Below are positions 40,604 through 50,888 of a DNA stretch of 64,000 bases, piece after piece. The stretch's first letter is position 1. Every line of letters begins with the position of its first letter. The notes below the pieces were generated by a model. That model ran no database searches, was not told the DNA's origin, and saw only the letters and a list, made by a program, of their open reading frames with translations. Both the position numbers and the translations under genes were made by a program. Source of the stretch: Spirochaetia bacterium (GTDB taxonomy: Bacteria; Spirochaetota; Spirochaetia; UBA9216); the NCBI GenBank assembly GCA_963677925.2, contig CAXXYH010000004.1, positions 384,001 through 448,000 on the forward strand. Direction: 5' to 3'.

Positions 40604-42463
40604 TTGATGTCAATTACCGGCGATGATGAGATAAAAAATTTTTTACCAGTTAATAAAAAAGATTTAAATATTTTAGGATGGAAAGAGTGTGATTTTATTA
40701 TAGTCAGCGGTGATGCCTATGTAGATCATCCTTCTTTTGGTTCTGCAATCATTTCCAGGATGCTTGAAAAAGAAGGCTTTAGAGTTGGTATTATAAGTCA
40801 GCCTGATTGGACAAATCCTGATTCAGTGAAAATACTCGGACGGCCAAGGCTAGCCTTTCTGCTTACTTCCGGAAATATGGACTCAATGGTGAGCAATTAT
40901 TCCTCTTCTCTCAGAAAAAGAAAAAATGACTCATATTCTCCCGGAGGTGCTGCAGGAAGACGCCCGGATCGTGCATTGATTGTGTATACATCTCTGGTTA
41001 AAGCTGCTTTTAAAGGGATTCCGGTTGTTATCGGCGGAATAGAAGCGTCACTTAGAAGATTAGGTCATTATGATTACTGGAGTGATAAGGTAAGAAGATC
41101 AGTATTAATTGATACCAAGGCGGATTTACTTGTATATGGTATGGCTGAGAGACAGATTACAGAACTTGGAAAGAGACTTTCTACCGGTATCAAGATTGAA
41201 GAAATTAAAGATATTCCGGGAACCGTAATAAAACTGAGTGAGAAAGATTTTAATTATTATGCAGATACCACTGATAATCTTCTTCGGCTCCCTGAATATC
41301 AGGATATTTTAAAAGATAAGAATAAGTTTGCAGAGAGTTTCAGGATTCAGTATGAGAATACAAATCCCTTTTCCGCATCTATTCTCGCAGAAAAAACTGA
41401 TGCCCAATGGGTTATTCAGAATCCTCCCCAAAGACCTCTTTCGGCTGAAGAGCTTGATGCGGTTTATGCTCTCCCTTTTACCAGGAAATATCATCCTATG
41501 TATGAAAAGGAAGGGGGTATTCCTGCTTTAAAGGAAGTAGAGTTCAGTCTTGCTGTTAACAGGGGTTGTTTTGGTGCATGCAGTTTCTGTGCTCTGGCCT
41601 TTCACCAGGGCAGGATTGTTCAGGCAAGATCGATTGAGTCTGTTATTAGTGAAGCAGAATGTATGGTGCAAAATCCTGAATTTAAGGGAATTATACATGA
41701 TGCAGGCGGTCCCACTGCGAATTTTTTTCATGCTTCCTGCAAAAAGCAGGAGAAACACGGGTCATGTCCCGATAGGGAATGCCTGTTTCCTGAGCCTTGT
41801 CCGAATCTGGATACAGATCATACTGAATATCTAAAACTTCTCCGAAGGCTGAGGAAACTGCCTGAAATTAAAAGAGTATTTATTCGTTCCGGAATAAGAT
41901 TCGATTATCTGATGGAAGCGGTAAAGCGGGAGAATAAATCAAATAAAACATCTGGTAAGGATTTTTTCAGCGATCTGTGTAAATATCATGTCAGCGGCCA
42001 GCTGAAAACGGCACCTGAACATATCTCTCCAGGGGTTCTGAAACTTATGAGGAAACCTGGAAACCGGGTTTACAGAGAGTTTGAAGATAAGTTCAGAGAA
42101 ATAAATAAGATTGAAGGAAAAAAACAGTATATTATTCCCTATCTTATATCTGGTCATCCCGGTTCCGGGCTTAAGGAAGCTATTGAACTGGCTGTTTATC
42201 TTAAAAAGCAGAAATTTATTCCTGATCAGGTTCAGGATTTCTACCCTACACCATCAACCATATCCACATGCATGTATTATTCAGGAATTGATCCTCTTAA
42301 CGGGAAAAAGGTATATACTGCAAAAACACCGCAGGAAAAAGCCATGCAGCGTGCTCTTCTACACTTTCATAAGCCGGAAAACCGAAAACTTGTAATAAAG
42401 GCATTGAAAGAAGCAGGCAGAACTGATCTAATAGGCAGCGGAAAAAACTGTCTTATCAGGTGA
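40604..42463 (+). CDS. YgiQ (UPF0313) family radical SAM protein
   Basis: GDAYVDHPSFG, GGIEASLRR, RGCFGACSFC, APEH, QVQDFYPTP. Confidence 0.93.
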   Translation: MMSITGDDEIKNFLPVNKKDLNILGWKECDFIIVSGDAYVDHPSFGSAIISRMLEKEGFRVGIISQPDWTNPDSVKILGRPRLAFLLTSGNMDSMVSNYSSSLRKRKNDSYSPGGAAGRRPDRALIVYTSLVKAAFKGIPVVIGGIEASLRRLGHYDYWSDKVRRSVLIDTKADLLVYGMAERQITELGKRLSTGIKIEEIKDIPGTVIKLSEKDFNYYADTTDNLLRLPEYQDILKDKNKFAESFRIQYENTNPFSASILAEKTDAQWVIQNPPQRPLSAEELDAVYALPFTRKYHPMYEKEGGIPALKEVEFSLAVNRGCFGACSFCALAFHQGRIVQARSIESVISEAECMVQNPEFKGIIHDAGGPTANFFHASCKKQEKHGSCPDRECLFPEPCPNLDTDHTEYLKLLRRLRKLPEIKRVFIRSGIRFDYLMEAVKRENKSNKTSGKDFFSDLCKYHVSGQLKTAPEHISPGVLKLMRKPGNRVYREFEDKFREINKIEGKKQYIIPYLISGHPGSGLKEAIELAVYLKKQKFIPDQVQDFYPTPSTISTCMYYSGIDPLNGKKVYTAKTPQEKAMQRALLHFHKPENRKLVIKALKEAGRTDLIGSGKNCLIR

Positions 42464-42466
42464 TAA

Positions 42467-43816
42467 ATGAAAAAATTAATTAAAGACCCTGTTTATCCGG
42501 AATTACTGAAAATTGCAGGACCGATTGCTCTACATAATCTGGTCATAAATTCTCTCAGCTTTATTGATACTTTTATGATTGGAAGGCTGGGAGAAACCGA
42601 GATTGCAGCTGTAGGAATTGGCAACCAGCTGTTTTTTCTCTATTCTCTTGTTCTTTTCGGGATAGGAAGCGGTTGTGGAGTTTTTGTTTCACAGTATTGG
42701 GGAAAAAAGGATTTTAACGGAATAAGAAGATCTGCCGGTCTTGGCGTAGTATTCGGTTTAACAGCGGCATTGCCCTTTCTATTTCTATCGCTATTAATCC
42801 CAGTTCAGATTACTTCGATATTTTCCACAGATATAAGTGTTATTACACCGGGAGCGGAATATCTTAAGATTGTTTCGTTAAGTTATATTTTTTCTTCCGT
42901 AAGCATTATTTTTGCACAGGTTCAGCGAAGTATTGAAAAGCCTGCTGTTCCTCTGCTTGTTTCATTATGTGCCCTGGGAATCAATACAATTCTTAACTAT
43001 CTTTTTATTTTCGGAAAGGCCGGGTTTCCAGAATGGGGAGTTAAGGGTGTTGCAATTGCAACAGTAATTTCAAGATTTATTGAATGCGTTCTCATGATTT
43101 CGATTGTATTTTTAAACAGGAAAAATCCGCTCAACGGAAAGCTGAAGGATTTTATTAGTTTTCCGGAAGGTTTTTTCCCCAGATTTTTGAGGACGACTGC
43201 GCCTGTAATAATTAATGAATTATTCTGGTCGCTTGGCATGACTGTGTATAAGGCCGTTTATGGACGTCTGGGTACAGATTCTCTGGCCTCAGTCAATATT
43301 ACCGAAGCTATAATGAATCTGATGTTTGTTGCGCTAATAGGCTCTGGTTTCGGAACAGCGGTAATAACCGGTAAAAAAATCGGTGAACAGAAATATGATG
43401 AGGCAAGAATTAACGGTACAAAATTTGTAAAACTTGCCTTTATTGAGGGTCTTATAATGGCTGGAGTGACTCTGCTGCTATGCAGGAAACTGCCTTCAGC
43501 TTTTAATGTTTCTCAGCATGTAAAAGACAACGCTTCAATTTTAATTATTATTTATGCAGCCCTGCTTCCCTTTAAATCATTCAATATTCATACAATAGTA
43601 GGTGTTTTCAGGGGCGGAGGAGATACCCTGTTTGCAGCAGGCGCTGAAATATCAGGTGTATGGGCTGTAGGTGTGGTTCTGGCCTTAATTACAGGTCTGT
43701 GGCTTCGTATGCCTGTATATTTCGTCTTTGCTTTTGTGAATTGTGAAGAATTATATAAATTCCTGGTTGGGGCCTGGAGAATGGCTTCGGGGAAATGGCT
43801 TCATGATGTAACATGA
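42467..43816 (+). CDS. MATE family efflux transporter
   Basis: IDTFMIGRLG, SQYWG, NTILNYLFIFG, GVAIAT, RGGGDT. Confidence 0.93.
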   Translation: MKKLIKDPVYPELLKIAGPIALHNLVINSLSFIDTFMIGRLGETEIAAVGIGNQLFFLYSLVLFGIGSGCGVFVSQYWGKKDFNGIRRSAGLGVVFGLTAALPFLFLSLLIPVQITSIFSTDISVITPGAEYLKIVSLSYIFSSVSIIFAQVQRSIEKPAVPLLVSLCALGINTILNYLFIFGKAGFPEWGVKGVAIATVISRFIECVLMISIVFLNRKNPLNGKLKDFISFPEGFFPRFLRTTAPVIINELFWSLGMTVYKAVYGRLGTDSLASVNITEAIMNLMFVALIGSGFGTAVITGKKIGEQKYDEARINGTKFVKLAFIEGLIMAGVTLLLCRKLPSAFNVSQHVKDNASILIIIYAALLPFKSFNIHTIVGVFRGGGDTLFAAGAEISGVWAVGVVLALITGLWLRMPVYFVFAFVNCEELYKFLVGAWRMASGKWLHDVT

Positions 43817-43868
43817 TCTTGTGTTACAAGCTATAAAAGCATTAAGATACTTCTGATAAGGAGAAATT

Positions 43869-44582
43869 ATGTTAGTGCCGATCCTCAATACTGATGAATC
43901 TTATGATTTAAATCCGCCGAAAATAGTAGCGCTGGGACTTAATTATGATGAGCACATCAAAGAAAGCCTGTCTTTAAAAGCAAAGGGTCTCACTCCTGAA
44001 AGACCTTCAGAACCTGTGATTTTTCCCAAAGCAACCTCTGCTATTATCGGGAATGGTGAAAATATTGTAATTCCCTCTTTTCTTAACAGTTACAGCTTTG
44101 AATCAGAAACCAGGACTGATTATGAAGCAGAATTAGCCTTTATTATAAAAAAAGACTGCCGGAATGTCCGAAGAGAGGATGCTGCAGATTATATTTACGG
44201 GTTTACCTGTCTTAATGATATTAGTCAGCGTAATCTTCAGACCGGGGATAAATCCGGCTGGTTCAGGGGAAAATCACTTGATACTTTCTGCCCTGTGGGC
44301 CCTGTAATTGTTCGCCCGGAAGATCTTTCTAATCCGCAGAATCTGAATATTGAATGCCGCCTTAATGGGAAGACTGTGCAGAAAGGCAATACTTCTATGA
44401 TGATTTTCGGTATCTATGAGATAATTGAGATTCTATCTTCCTGGTTTACCCTGAAAAAGGGAGATCTTATATCAACAGGAACACCTTCAGGTATTGGTCC
44501 TCTTTCTGCTGGCGATATAGTTGAGGTGGAAATAGAAGGAATAGGCATTCTTAAAAATTACGTAATCGAAGAAGATAAATAA
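43869..44582 (+). CDS. Fumarylacetoacetate hydrolase family protein
   Basis: KIVALGLNY, DYEAEL, NDISQR, GKSLDTFCP, TGTPSG. Confidence 0.93.
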   Translation: MLVPILNTDESYDLNPPKIVALGLNYDEHIKESLSLKAKGLTPERPSEPVIFPKATSAIIGNGENIVIPSFLNSYSFESETRTDYEAELAFIIKKDCRNVRREDAADYIYGFTCLNDISQRNLQTGDKSGWFRGKSLDTFCPVGPVIVRPEDLSNPQNLNIECRLNGKTVQKGNTSMMIFGIYEIIEILSSWFTLKKGDLISTGTPSGIGPLSAGDIVEVEIEGIGILKNYVIEEDK

Positions 44583-44600
44583 GTACAGGAGTCAATCAGC

Positions 44601-45854
44601 ATGAGTTTTTCAAAATTTGGTGAAAGATTTATTTCTGGTACCGGAATAAAAGATTTAATAGATGACCTAGGAAAATATGCCGGTCTGGAGGGATCCTGCA
44701 TGCTTGGCGGCGGAAATCCAGCTATTATTCCGGAAGTCAGCAGTATCTGGAGAGATCGCATAAAGGAAATTACCGCGGAACCTGAAAATCTGGACAGGAT
44801 GCTGGGACTGTATGATACTTCTATTGGTAAAATTGTATTCTTTGAGAAACTGGCTGAAATGCTTAATGCCGAATACGGCTGGCCGGTTACGGCTGAAAAT
44901 ATTGCTGTGGTTAACGGCAGTCAGACCTCATGCTTTCTTCTTTTTAATATGATTGCCGGTAAAAATTCAGCAGGCGGAAAAAACCGACTTCTTCTTCCTC
45001 TAATGCCGGAATATATAGGTTATGCTGATCAGTGTATCGATCCGGATTCCTTTGTTTCATGCAGACCTGAGATAAACAAGACCGCTGACCGGGAATTTAA
45101 ATATTCGGTGAACTTTGACTGTCTTGATTACAGTGATGTGAATGCCGTTGTAGCATCAAGACCGACTAACCCGACAGGTAATGTACTTACAGATTCAGAG
45201 GTACAGAGACTGAGTGATATTGCACAGGAAATGGAAATACCTCTGATTCTGGATAATGCTTACGGACTACCCTTTCCCGGAATAATTTTTGAAGACGTAA
45301 GACCCTTCTGGAACAGTAACGTGATTTTAAGCATGAGTCTATCCAAGATAGGTCTTCCCGCAACTAGAACCGGCATTATAATTGCAGACCGAAAATATAT
45401 AGAAGCTATTTCCGCTATGAGCGCTGTAGCAAGCCTTGCTCCGGGCGGAATTGGTCAGGAGATCGTACTGCCGATGCTTGAAGACCGGTCAATTCTTAAA
45501 ATCAGCCGCGAGATTGTTATGCCCTTCTACCGGAAAAAATCTGAAAAAACTATCAGCCTTATCAAGGAAATATTTGGTACACGGTTTGATTTTTCTATTC
45601 ATAAGAGTGAGGGTGCTATCTTTCTGTGGATATGGTTCAGAGAACTTAAAGGTTCATCAGTGGAACTGTATAACCGTCTTAAAGAACGCGGAGTAATTAT
45701 TGTCCCGGGAGAGTATTTTTTCTTCGGGCTTCCGGATGAAGATGCCGGATGGGCACACCGCAGACAGTGTATCAGGATAAATTATTCTCAGAATGAGAGT
45801 GAAGTTAAACGGGGGCTGGAGATAATAGCTGAAGAGGCTGAAAAACTCTGCTGA
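44601..45854 (+). CDS. avtA: Valine--pyruvate transaminase
   Basis: MLGGGNPA, NGSQ, PEYIGY, SRPTNPTGN, DNAYG, SLSK. Confidence 0.88.
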   Translation: MSFSKFGERFISGTGIKDLIDDLGKYAGLEGSCMLGGGNPAIIPEVSSIWRDRIKEITAEPENLDRMLGLYDTSIGKIVFFEKLAEMLNAEYGWPVTAENIAVVNGSQTSCFLLFNMIAGKNSAGGKNRLLLPLMPEYIGYADQCIDPDSFVSCRPEINKTADREFKYSVNFDCLDYSDVNAVVASRPTNPTGNVLTDSEVQRLSDIAQEMEIPLILDNAYGLPFPGIIFEDVRPFWNSNVILSMSLSKIGLPATRTGIIIADRKYIEAISAMSAVASLAPGGIGQEIVLPMLEDRSILKISREIVMPFYRKKSEKTISLIKEIFGTRFDFSIHKSEGAIFLWIWFRELKGSSVELYNRLKERGVIIVPGEYFFFGLPDEDAGWAHRRQCIRINYSQNESEVKRGLEIIAEEAEKLC

Positions 45855-45874
45855 TTATCTGACGAGGAGATAAT

Positions 45875-48148
45875 ATGAAAAAATTCGGTACATTTAAAGG
45901 TGTTTTTGTTCCTTCAACCGAAGCAATTCTTGGAACAGTGCTTTTTCTACTGATGCCGATGCTGACTGCAGATGTCGGACTTTTTTTGATGCTCGCAATA
46001 GTTATTATTGCGCATACGGTAACTCTGGCAACATCCTCTTCTTTATCGGATTGTGCAACAAACCTTAATAAAATATCCGGCGGAGGTATGTATGCTCTTT
46101 CAAAGCAGTCTCTGGGAAACGCTATGGGCGGTTCTATCGGGGTCATGCTTTATCTGGCTCAGGCTGCATCAATTGGGTTCTACTGTATAGGTTTTTCTGA
46201 ACCTCTGCAGCCGATTCTTGCTCCTCTGCTTGCAAAAGTGATTCCGATATTTTCGCAGATTGATCCGGCATCGATTCTTATTCAAAAACAGATTCTTGCC
46301 ACAGTATTTATGCTTATCTTCTTTGTTATCGTTATGATTGGAGCAGATTTTACCCTGAAACTTCAGATTCTTATACTCTTTGTTCTTTTTATCAGTGTTT
46401 TAACAATTTTTGCCGGTCCTCTTTTGAATATTGAATACAGCAGTACAGAAATTTTTACTTCGGGTTTGAATTTAAGAGGAAACCGTACTATTACGATGGC
46501 GGTTTTTTTCTTTACCTTTACCCAGTTTTTTCCGGCTGTCACCGGAATAAGTACCGGAATTGGAATGAGCGGAGATCTGAAAGATCCCCGAAAAAGTATA
46601 GTAAGAGGGACATTCAGTTCTATATTCATCACAATGGCGGTATATCTGGGAGCAGTATTTATTTATTCTGCCATAGATAAGAATATTCTTCTGACCGGGT
46701 ATCAGGAAGGCAGTCCGGTCGGTGTCATTCTTACAGAACTCTTCGGTCTGGGTAAGGAATTTCCTTCCAATCTTCCGGGATTAATGATTTTGATGGGTAT
46801 TCTGTTTGCAACATGCTCATCAGCTCTGAGTGTATTCATGACCGGCCCGCGCACACTGCAGTTTCTGGCCAAAGATGGAATTCTGCCTGAAAAACTTATG
46901 TTTCTTAAAAATGATTTTAAGAAGAGCGGTACGGAACCCAGATATGCAATAATCGTTTCTTTCTTTATAGGTTTTGCAATAATCTGGATGGGAAGTATAA
47001 ATTTTGCCTCGCTGGTTGTCGGTATTCTTTTTCTAGTTGTTTACGGCTGGGTTAACGGGGCAGCCTTTCTTGAAAGGGTGAGCAAAAACCCGGCGTTCAG
47101 ACCCACTTTTAAAGGACACTGGCTTATTTCTCTCTACGGTTTTGCAGCATGTATTACGGCAATCTGTCTTTTTAACTGGAAGGTCGGTCTGATTATCTTT
47201 GTGAGTCAGTACATCATGTTCCGTCTGATTCTTAAATATAAATCGAACGGACAGCTTGAAGGCGTCTGGTGGGGCTTTGTTTTTTCAATGATAACCCGTA
47301 ACCTCTCAAGACTTCAGAAGATTGTACAGGGTACGATGAACTGGAGACCGGTACTTACTGCATTTGCCTTTCCTGAATATCCGGAAGACTGCAGTGCTGT
47401 TGTACAGCTTTCCGAACAGATTGCGGCATATCAGGGCCTGGTTTCCTGTAATCTTCTTGCTCTGAACAGTAAGGATAACAGCGAGGGCAGCGGATTCTGC
47501 ATCGATACTAATGTGCCTCTTGCGAATATCAGATCAGCCAATATGACTGAATCGATAATCACAATGCTTCAGGGCAGTAATGTTACAGGTATAAACAATA
47601 ATACCGTACTGCTTGCCTACAATAACAGGATTAATAATGTAAGCATTATCAAGGCAGTTCTTGATGCCGGTCAGAATATGCTGCTTTACAAAAGCGGGCA
47701 GAAGCAGGCCGGTACGCAGCGGCTGGATATATGGTGGCGTGGAGAACGCAATGGGAACCTGATGGTTCTTCTTGCTTTTATTGTAAACAGGCATCTGAAA
47801 GATAACCGGCTTGCCCCCTACTCTATCAGAATTATCAGACGGCTTGAGAAGGCTCAGCTTGAAGCTGAGGCTAGGGATGAGATTGATAACCTGCTGACTC
47901 TTTCAAGGCTTGAGGGGGATACGGTAATCCTGCCGTGGTCTGACAGGAATTTCATGGATATTCTTACGGAAACTTCACGGGGCGCGTCTCTTGTAATGCT
48001 TGGACTTCCGGGTAATTATGAAAGCAGGCGAAGCAGCGTTTTCAGACTGAATGAGCTGTTTTTCGACAGGGAAATCAACAGCTATAAGGATATGCCGCCG
48101 ATTCTTTTCGTTAAGAGCCACCATGCTATGAATTTAATAGAATCTTAA
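45875..48148 (+). CDS. APC-superfamily transporter, SLC12/cation-chloride cotransporter-like
   Basis: KFGTFKGVF, GGGMY, FFPAVTG..GMSGDLKDPRKSI, NWRP, DIWWRG..NGNLM; large cytoplasmic C-domain. Confidence 0.82.
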   Translation: MKKFGTFKGVFVPSTEAILGTVLFLLMPMLTADVGLFLMLAIVIIAHTVTLATSSSLSDCATNLNKISGGGMYALSKQSLGNAMGGSIGVMLYLAQAASIGFYCIGFSEPLQPILAPLLAKVIPIFSQIDPASILIQKQILATVFMLIFFVIVMIGADFTLKLQILILFVLFISVLTIFAGPLLNIEYSSTEIFTSGLNLRGNRTITMAVFFFTFTQFFPAVTGISTGIGMSGDLKDPRKSIVRGTFSSIFITMAVYLGAVFIYSAIDKNILLTGYQEGSPVGVILTELFGLGKEFPSNLPGLMILMGILFATCSSALSVFMTGPRTLQFLAKDGILPEKLMFLKNDFKKSGTEPRYAIIVSFFIGFAIIWMGSINFASLVVGILFLVVYGWVNGAAFLERVSKNPAFRPTFKGHWLISLYGFAACITAICLFNWKVGLIIFVSQYIMFRLILKYKSNGQLEGVWWGFVFSMITRNLSRLQKIVQGTMNWRPVLTAFAFPEYPEDCSAVVQLSEQIAAYQGLVSCNLLALNSKDNSEGSGFCIDTNVPLANIRSANMTESIITMLQGSNVTGINNNTVLLAYNNRINNVSIIKAVLDAGQNMLLYKSGQKQAGTQRLDIWWRGERNGNLMVLLAFIVNRHLKDNRLAPYSIRIIRRLEKAQLEAEARDEIDNLLTLSRLEGDTVILPWSDRNFMDILTETSRGASLVMLGLPGNYESRRSSVFRLNELFFDREINSYKDMPPILFVKSHHAMNLIES

Positions 48149-48151
48149 TGA

Positions 48152-49162
48152 TTATCTGCTCTGGAAATATTCTTCCAGACAGAGTCCGTTTTCAAATATT
48201 TCGGTTGCAATGGTTTTGCCGATAAAGCGGAGATGCCAGGGTTCATAGGTATAACCTGTTATCTCTTGCTTGTCCTCTGGGTAGCGTATTATAAAACCGA
48301 AGCTGTGGGCGTTTTCACGAACCCAGATACCCGGATCAGTCTTTCCAAAACTTTGCTCCAGCTGGTAATTCATTTCAGGGCAGCTGATATCCATTGCCAG
48401 CCCGCTCTGATGTTCGCTTGTTCCTGGTTTTGCGCTTATCGTATCGGCGTATTCCTTACCATATTTCCGGACATTGGCCTCATACAGGCCTACCTGAGTG
48501 CGGTAGGCCCTGTAGCCTGAGCGGGCATACAAGTCATAACCGCTGAGTTTTGCAGCATCAAAAAGATCTGCCAGAGCCTCGGCGGCCTCTTTTCTGAGGT
48601 GATTAACTTCTTCAAAGCTCAGTATTGTGGGTACGGAGATCTTTACCAGATCGGCCGGAACATAATCGCCGGGCAGCCTTCTGTTTTTATTAACCAGAGT
48701 ATCGAGTGCCTCTGCATCAGTTACTATGCCTTCATTGTTTATATAGCTATCAGGGTCTTTTTTGATATAGAAAAATGCGGAAGCCTGATATTCACCGGCT
48801 GTAACGGTAAGCTCTGCAGTACTTCCTGACATTACGGTGTCTGCCGCTTCGATTTCTATTCTAAATTCTGATTGTTCAGAAACGGCTTCATAATTTTTGA
48901 TAGTCAGTAAATTCCCTGCTGAAAATGATTGATGATCTACAACCTCGGAATTAACTTGAAAACTAAGACTAAGTTCTTTAAGTGTTGTAAAATCTGAGCT
49001 TCTTTCTCCGTTTTTTACCGGATAAAGGACAAGTTCTGAAGTTTCTCCTGGACTCAGCGTAATATTATCTTTAGAAAACTCCAGGGAATCAGGAGTCTGA
49101 GCACTGCATGAAAAAATTATTAAAACTGTGAATGCAAAAACTAATAATCTGTTAAGTCCCAT
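48152..49162 (-). CDS. M15B (VanY-like) D-Ala-D-Ala carboxypeptidase, probable lipoprotein
   Basis: Lipobox IIFSC; LVNK, SGYR, SAKPGTSEHQSGLAMD, YEPWH. Confidence 0.9.
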   Translation of the reverse strand: MGLNRLLVFAFTVLIIFSCSAQTPDSLEFSKDNITLSPGETSELVLYPVKNGERSSDFTTLKELSLSFQVNSEVVDHQSFSAGNLLTIKNYEAVSEQSEFRIEIEAADTVMSGSTAELTVTAGEYQASAFFYIKKDPDSYINNEGIVTDAEALDTLVNKNRRLPGDYVPADLVKISVPTILSFEEVNHLRKEAAEALADLFDAAKLSGYDLYARSGYRAYRTQVGLYEANVRKYGKEYADTISAKPGTSEHQSGLAMDISCPEMNYQLEQSFGKTDPGIWVRENAHSFGFIIRYPEDKQEITGYTYEPWHLRFIGKTIATEIFENGLCLEEYFQSR

Positions 49163-49202
49163 ACCTAGGACTTAACAGGAATTATCAAAAAAATCAAGGG
49201 AA

Positions 49203-50495
49203 CTACAGCATCAGAAACAGTCTTGATAGGATTAATGCCGCTGCAAGAACAACGAGAACCGGTTTTATCAGACCTGAAAGTGATTTTGCAAGGCCGGTTT
49301 TAAAGTATTCATTAGAGACGATAAGACAGACATGGACCGGAGACATCAGCTGTCCGGCATGTCCAAAAGTATATGCGAGTACTGTTGTAGATGCCACAAG
49401 TGCAAAATCCGGGTTTGTTCCGATTAGACTCATAACAATCGGGAATGCAGCTCCGACTGTTCCTATTGCGATACCGGTGGAAACTCCGCATAGAAATGGA
49501 ATTAGCATAATAAGGATAAATGATGATATTCCCGCATGTGAGAGCTCATCACTCATTACAGACATAAGGAGTCTGCCGTCGGGAAGGTTTCCCTCTATAA
49601 AGGCTCCGTAGATTCTTATCAGCGCTACCAGAACTACCATGGTAATTACACTTTTTGACAGCAGAATCTTTTTCCAAACCACCGGGGCTATAGGCTTTTT
49701 TATCTGCAGATATACTATAGCAGCAAGGATTCCGAGGCTTATCGGCAGATAGCGGGAAATATCTGTCATTCCCGGAAAAATGATGCTCAACCCTGCATAG
49801 AAGATAACGATTATGATAATGGGCATCAGCAGCATGATAATGCTTTCTTTTTTTGTATGTATTACTGAGTTAGTTTTATCTGCCTGCGAGGGTCGTCTGC
49901 GCATCAGGAAAAACCATGCACCGCTTACCGAGAAAAGAGTAATTGGAAACATAATCAGCATGAACTGCCAGACTTCAAGGCCAGAGATATCAATTGCCAG
50001 AAGAACTCCCGGATACAGCGGCCACCAGTACTCCCAGACGTGCCTGAACCAGTAATTAATTCTGGTTTTCTGAAACCCCTTGTAATCACTGTTCGTGTCA
50101 CAGCTGTCCACAAGCGGTGCTGAGAAAACGGCTCCGCCTGGCATCGGCAGAAGTCCTATCACGGCCGGCAGAATAGCCATTGAAGCTTCCCTTGAGAACC
50201 GGGCTGAGATTCCGGAAGAGAGGTCCGCCATTGCGCCAGATTCTTTCATCTGTGATGACAGAACCAAAATAATTATTACTACAAAAAGCAGAAACAGGTT
50301 GTTTATATCGGTAAATCGTTCTGCAGAAATCCTGAGTGCCGTGAACAGGCTGTGACCGCAGAGAATTGCCAGAATTACTGTTCCGGCCAGAACTGCGGGA
50401 ATCTGACGTGATAACAGTCTGTTGATAACTATTATTGCTATCAGAGATATAAGGATTTTTATTAAAACAGGAATGGACAACAAAAACTGATACAC
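49203..50495 (-). CDS. DUF401 family membrane protein
   Basis: PAVIGLLPMPGGAVFSAP, NYWFRHVWEYWWPLYPG, SPVHVC. Confidence 0.85.
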   Translation of the reverse strand: MYQFLLSIPVLIKILISLIAIIVINRLLSRQIPAVLAGTVILAILCGHSLFTALRISAERFTDINNLFLLFVVIIILVLSSQMKESGAMADLSSGISARFSREASMAILPAVIGLLPMPGGAVFSAPLVDSCDTNSDYKGFQKTRINYWFRHVWEYWWPLYPGVLLAIDISGLEVWQFMLIMFPITLFSVSGAWFFLMRRRPSQADKTNSVIHTKKESIIMLLMPIIIIVIFYAGLSIIFPGMTDISRYLPISLGILAAIVYLQIKKPIAPVVWKKILLSKSVITMVVLVALIRIYGAFIEGNLPDGRLLMSVMSDELSHAGISSFILIMLIPFLCGVSTGIAIGTVGAAFPIVMSLIGTNPDFALVASTTVLAYTFGHAGQLMSPVHVCLIVSNEYFKTGLAKSLSGLIKPVLVVLAAALILSRLFLML

Positions 50496-50565
50496 AAATT
50501 TCTCCCGGATATTTTAATTTAAATCATATTATCAGCAGGCGCAGTTTTCATCAATTATCGCTGTT

Positions 50566-50601
50566 GTTAGTGTTGACTAATATACTTACTATTGGTATTT
50601 T
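50566..50601 (+). promoter_or_regulatory. feoAB promoter with overlapping inverted-repeat operator
   Basis: GTTAG-N6-CTAAT (50566-50581) overlaps TTGACT (50573), N17, TATTTT (50596). Confidence 0.55.
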
Positions 50602-50633
50602 TGAACTGAACCAGACAAAATAGAAGGAATGAA

Positions 50634-50888
50634 ATGACGCCTGAAGATATGGATGTGAATACTGCAATTCCTCTTGATAAACTTAAACCGGGAAAGTCCG
50701 CGTTGGTTGAACGCATTACAGGCGGCAGACATCTGAGACAGAAGCTGGTGAATCTTGGAATGCTCCCCGGCTCTGAAGTCAGTATTGTACGTTCCAACAG
50801 ACTTGGTCCGATGGTTCTGAATGTGCAGGGTTCACAGATCATGCTTGGTGCAGGGATGGCATCAAAGATATATGTCCGGGAAAACTGA
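50634..50888 (+). CDS. feoA: Ferrous iron transport protein A
   Basis: SH3-like, KLVNLGMLPG; upstream of feoB. Confidence 0.9.
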   Translation: MTPEDMDVNTAIPLDKLKPGKSALVERITGGRHLRQKLVNLGMLPGSEVSIVRSNRLGPMVLNVQGSQIMLGAGMASKIYVREN

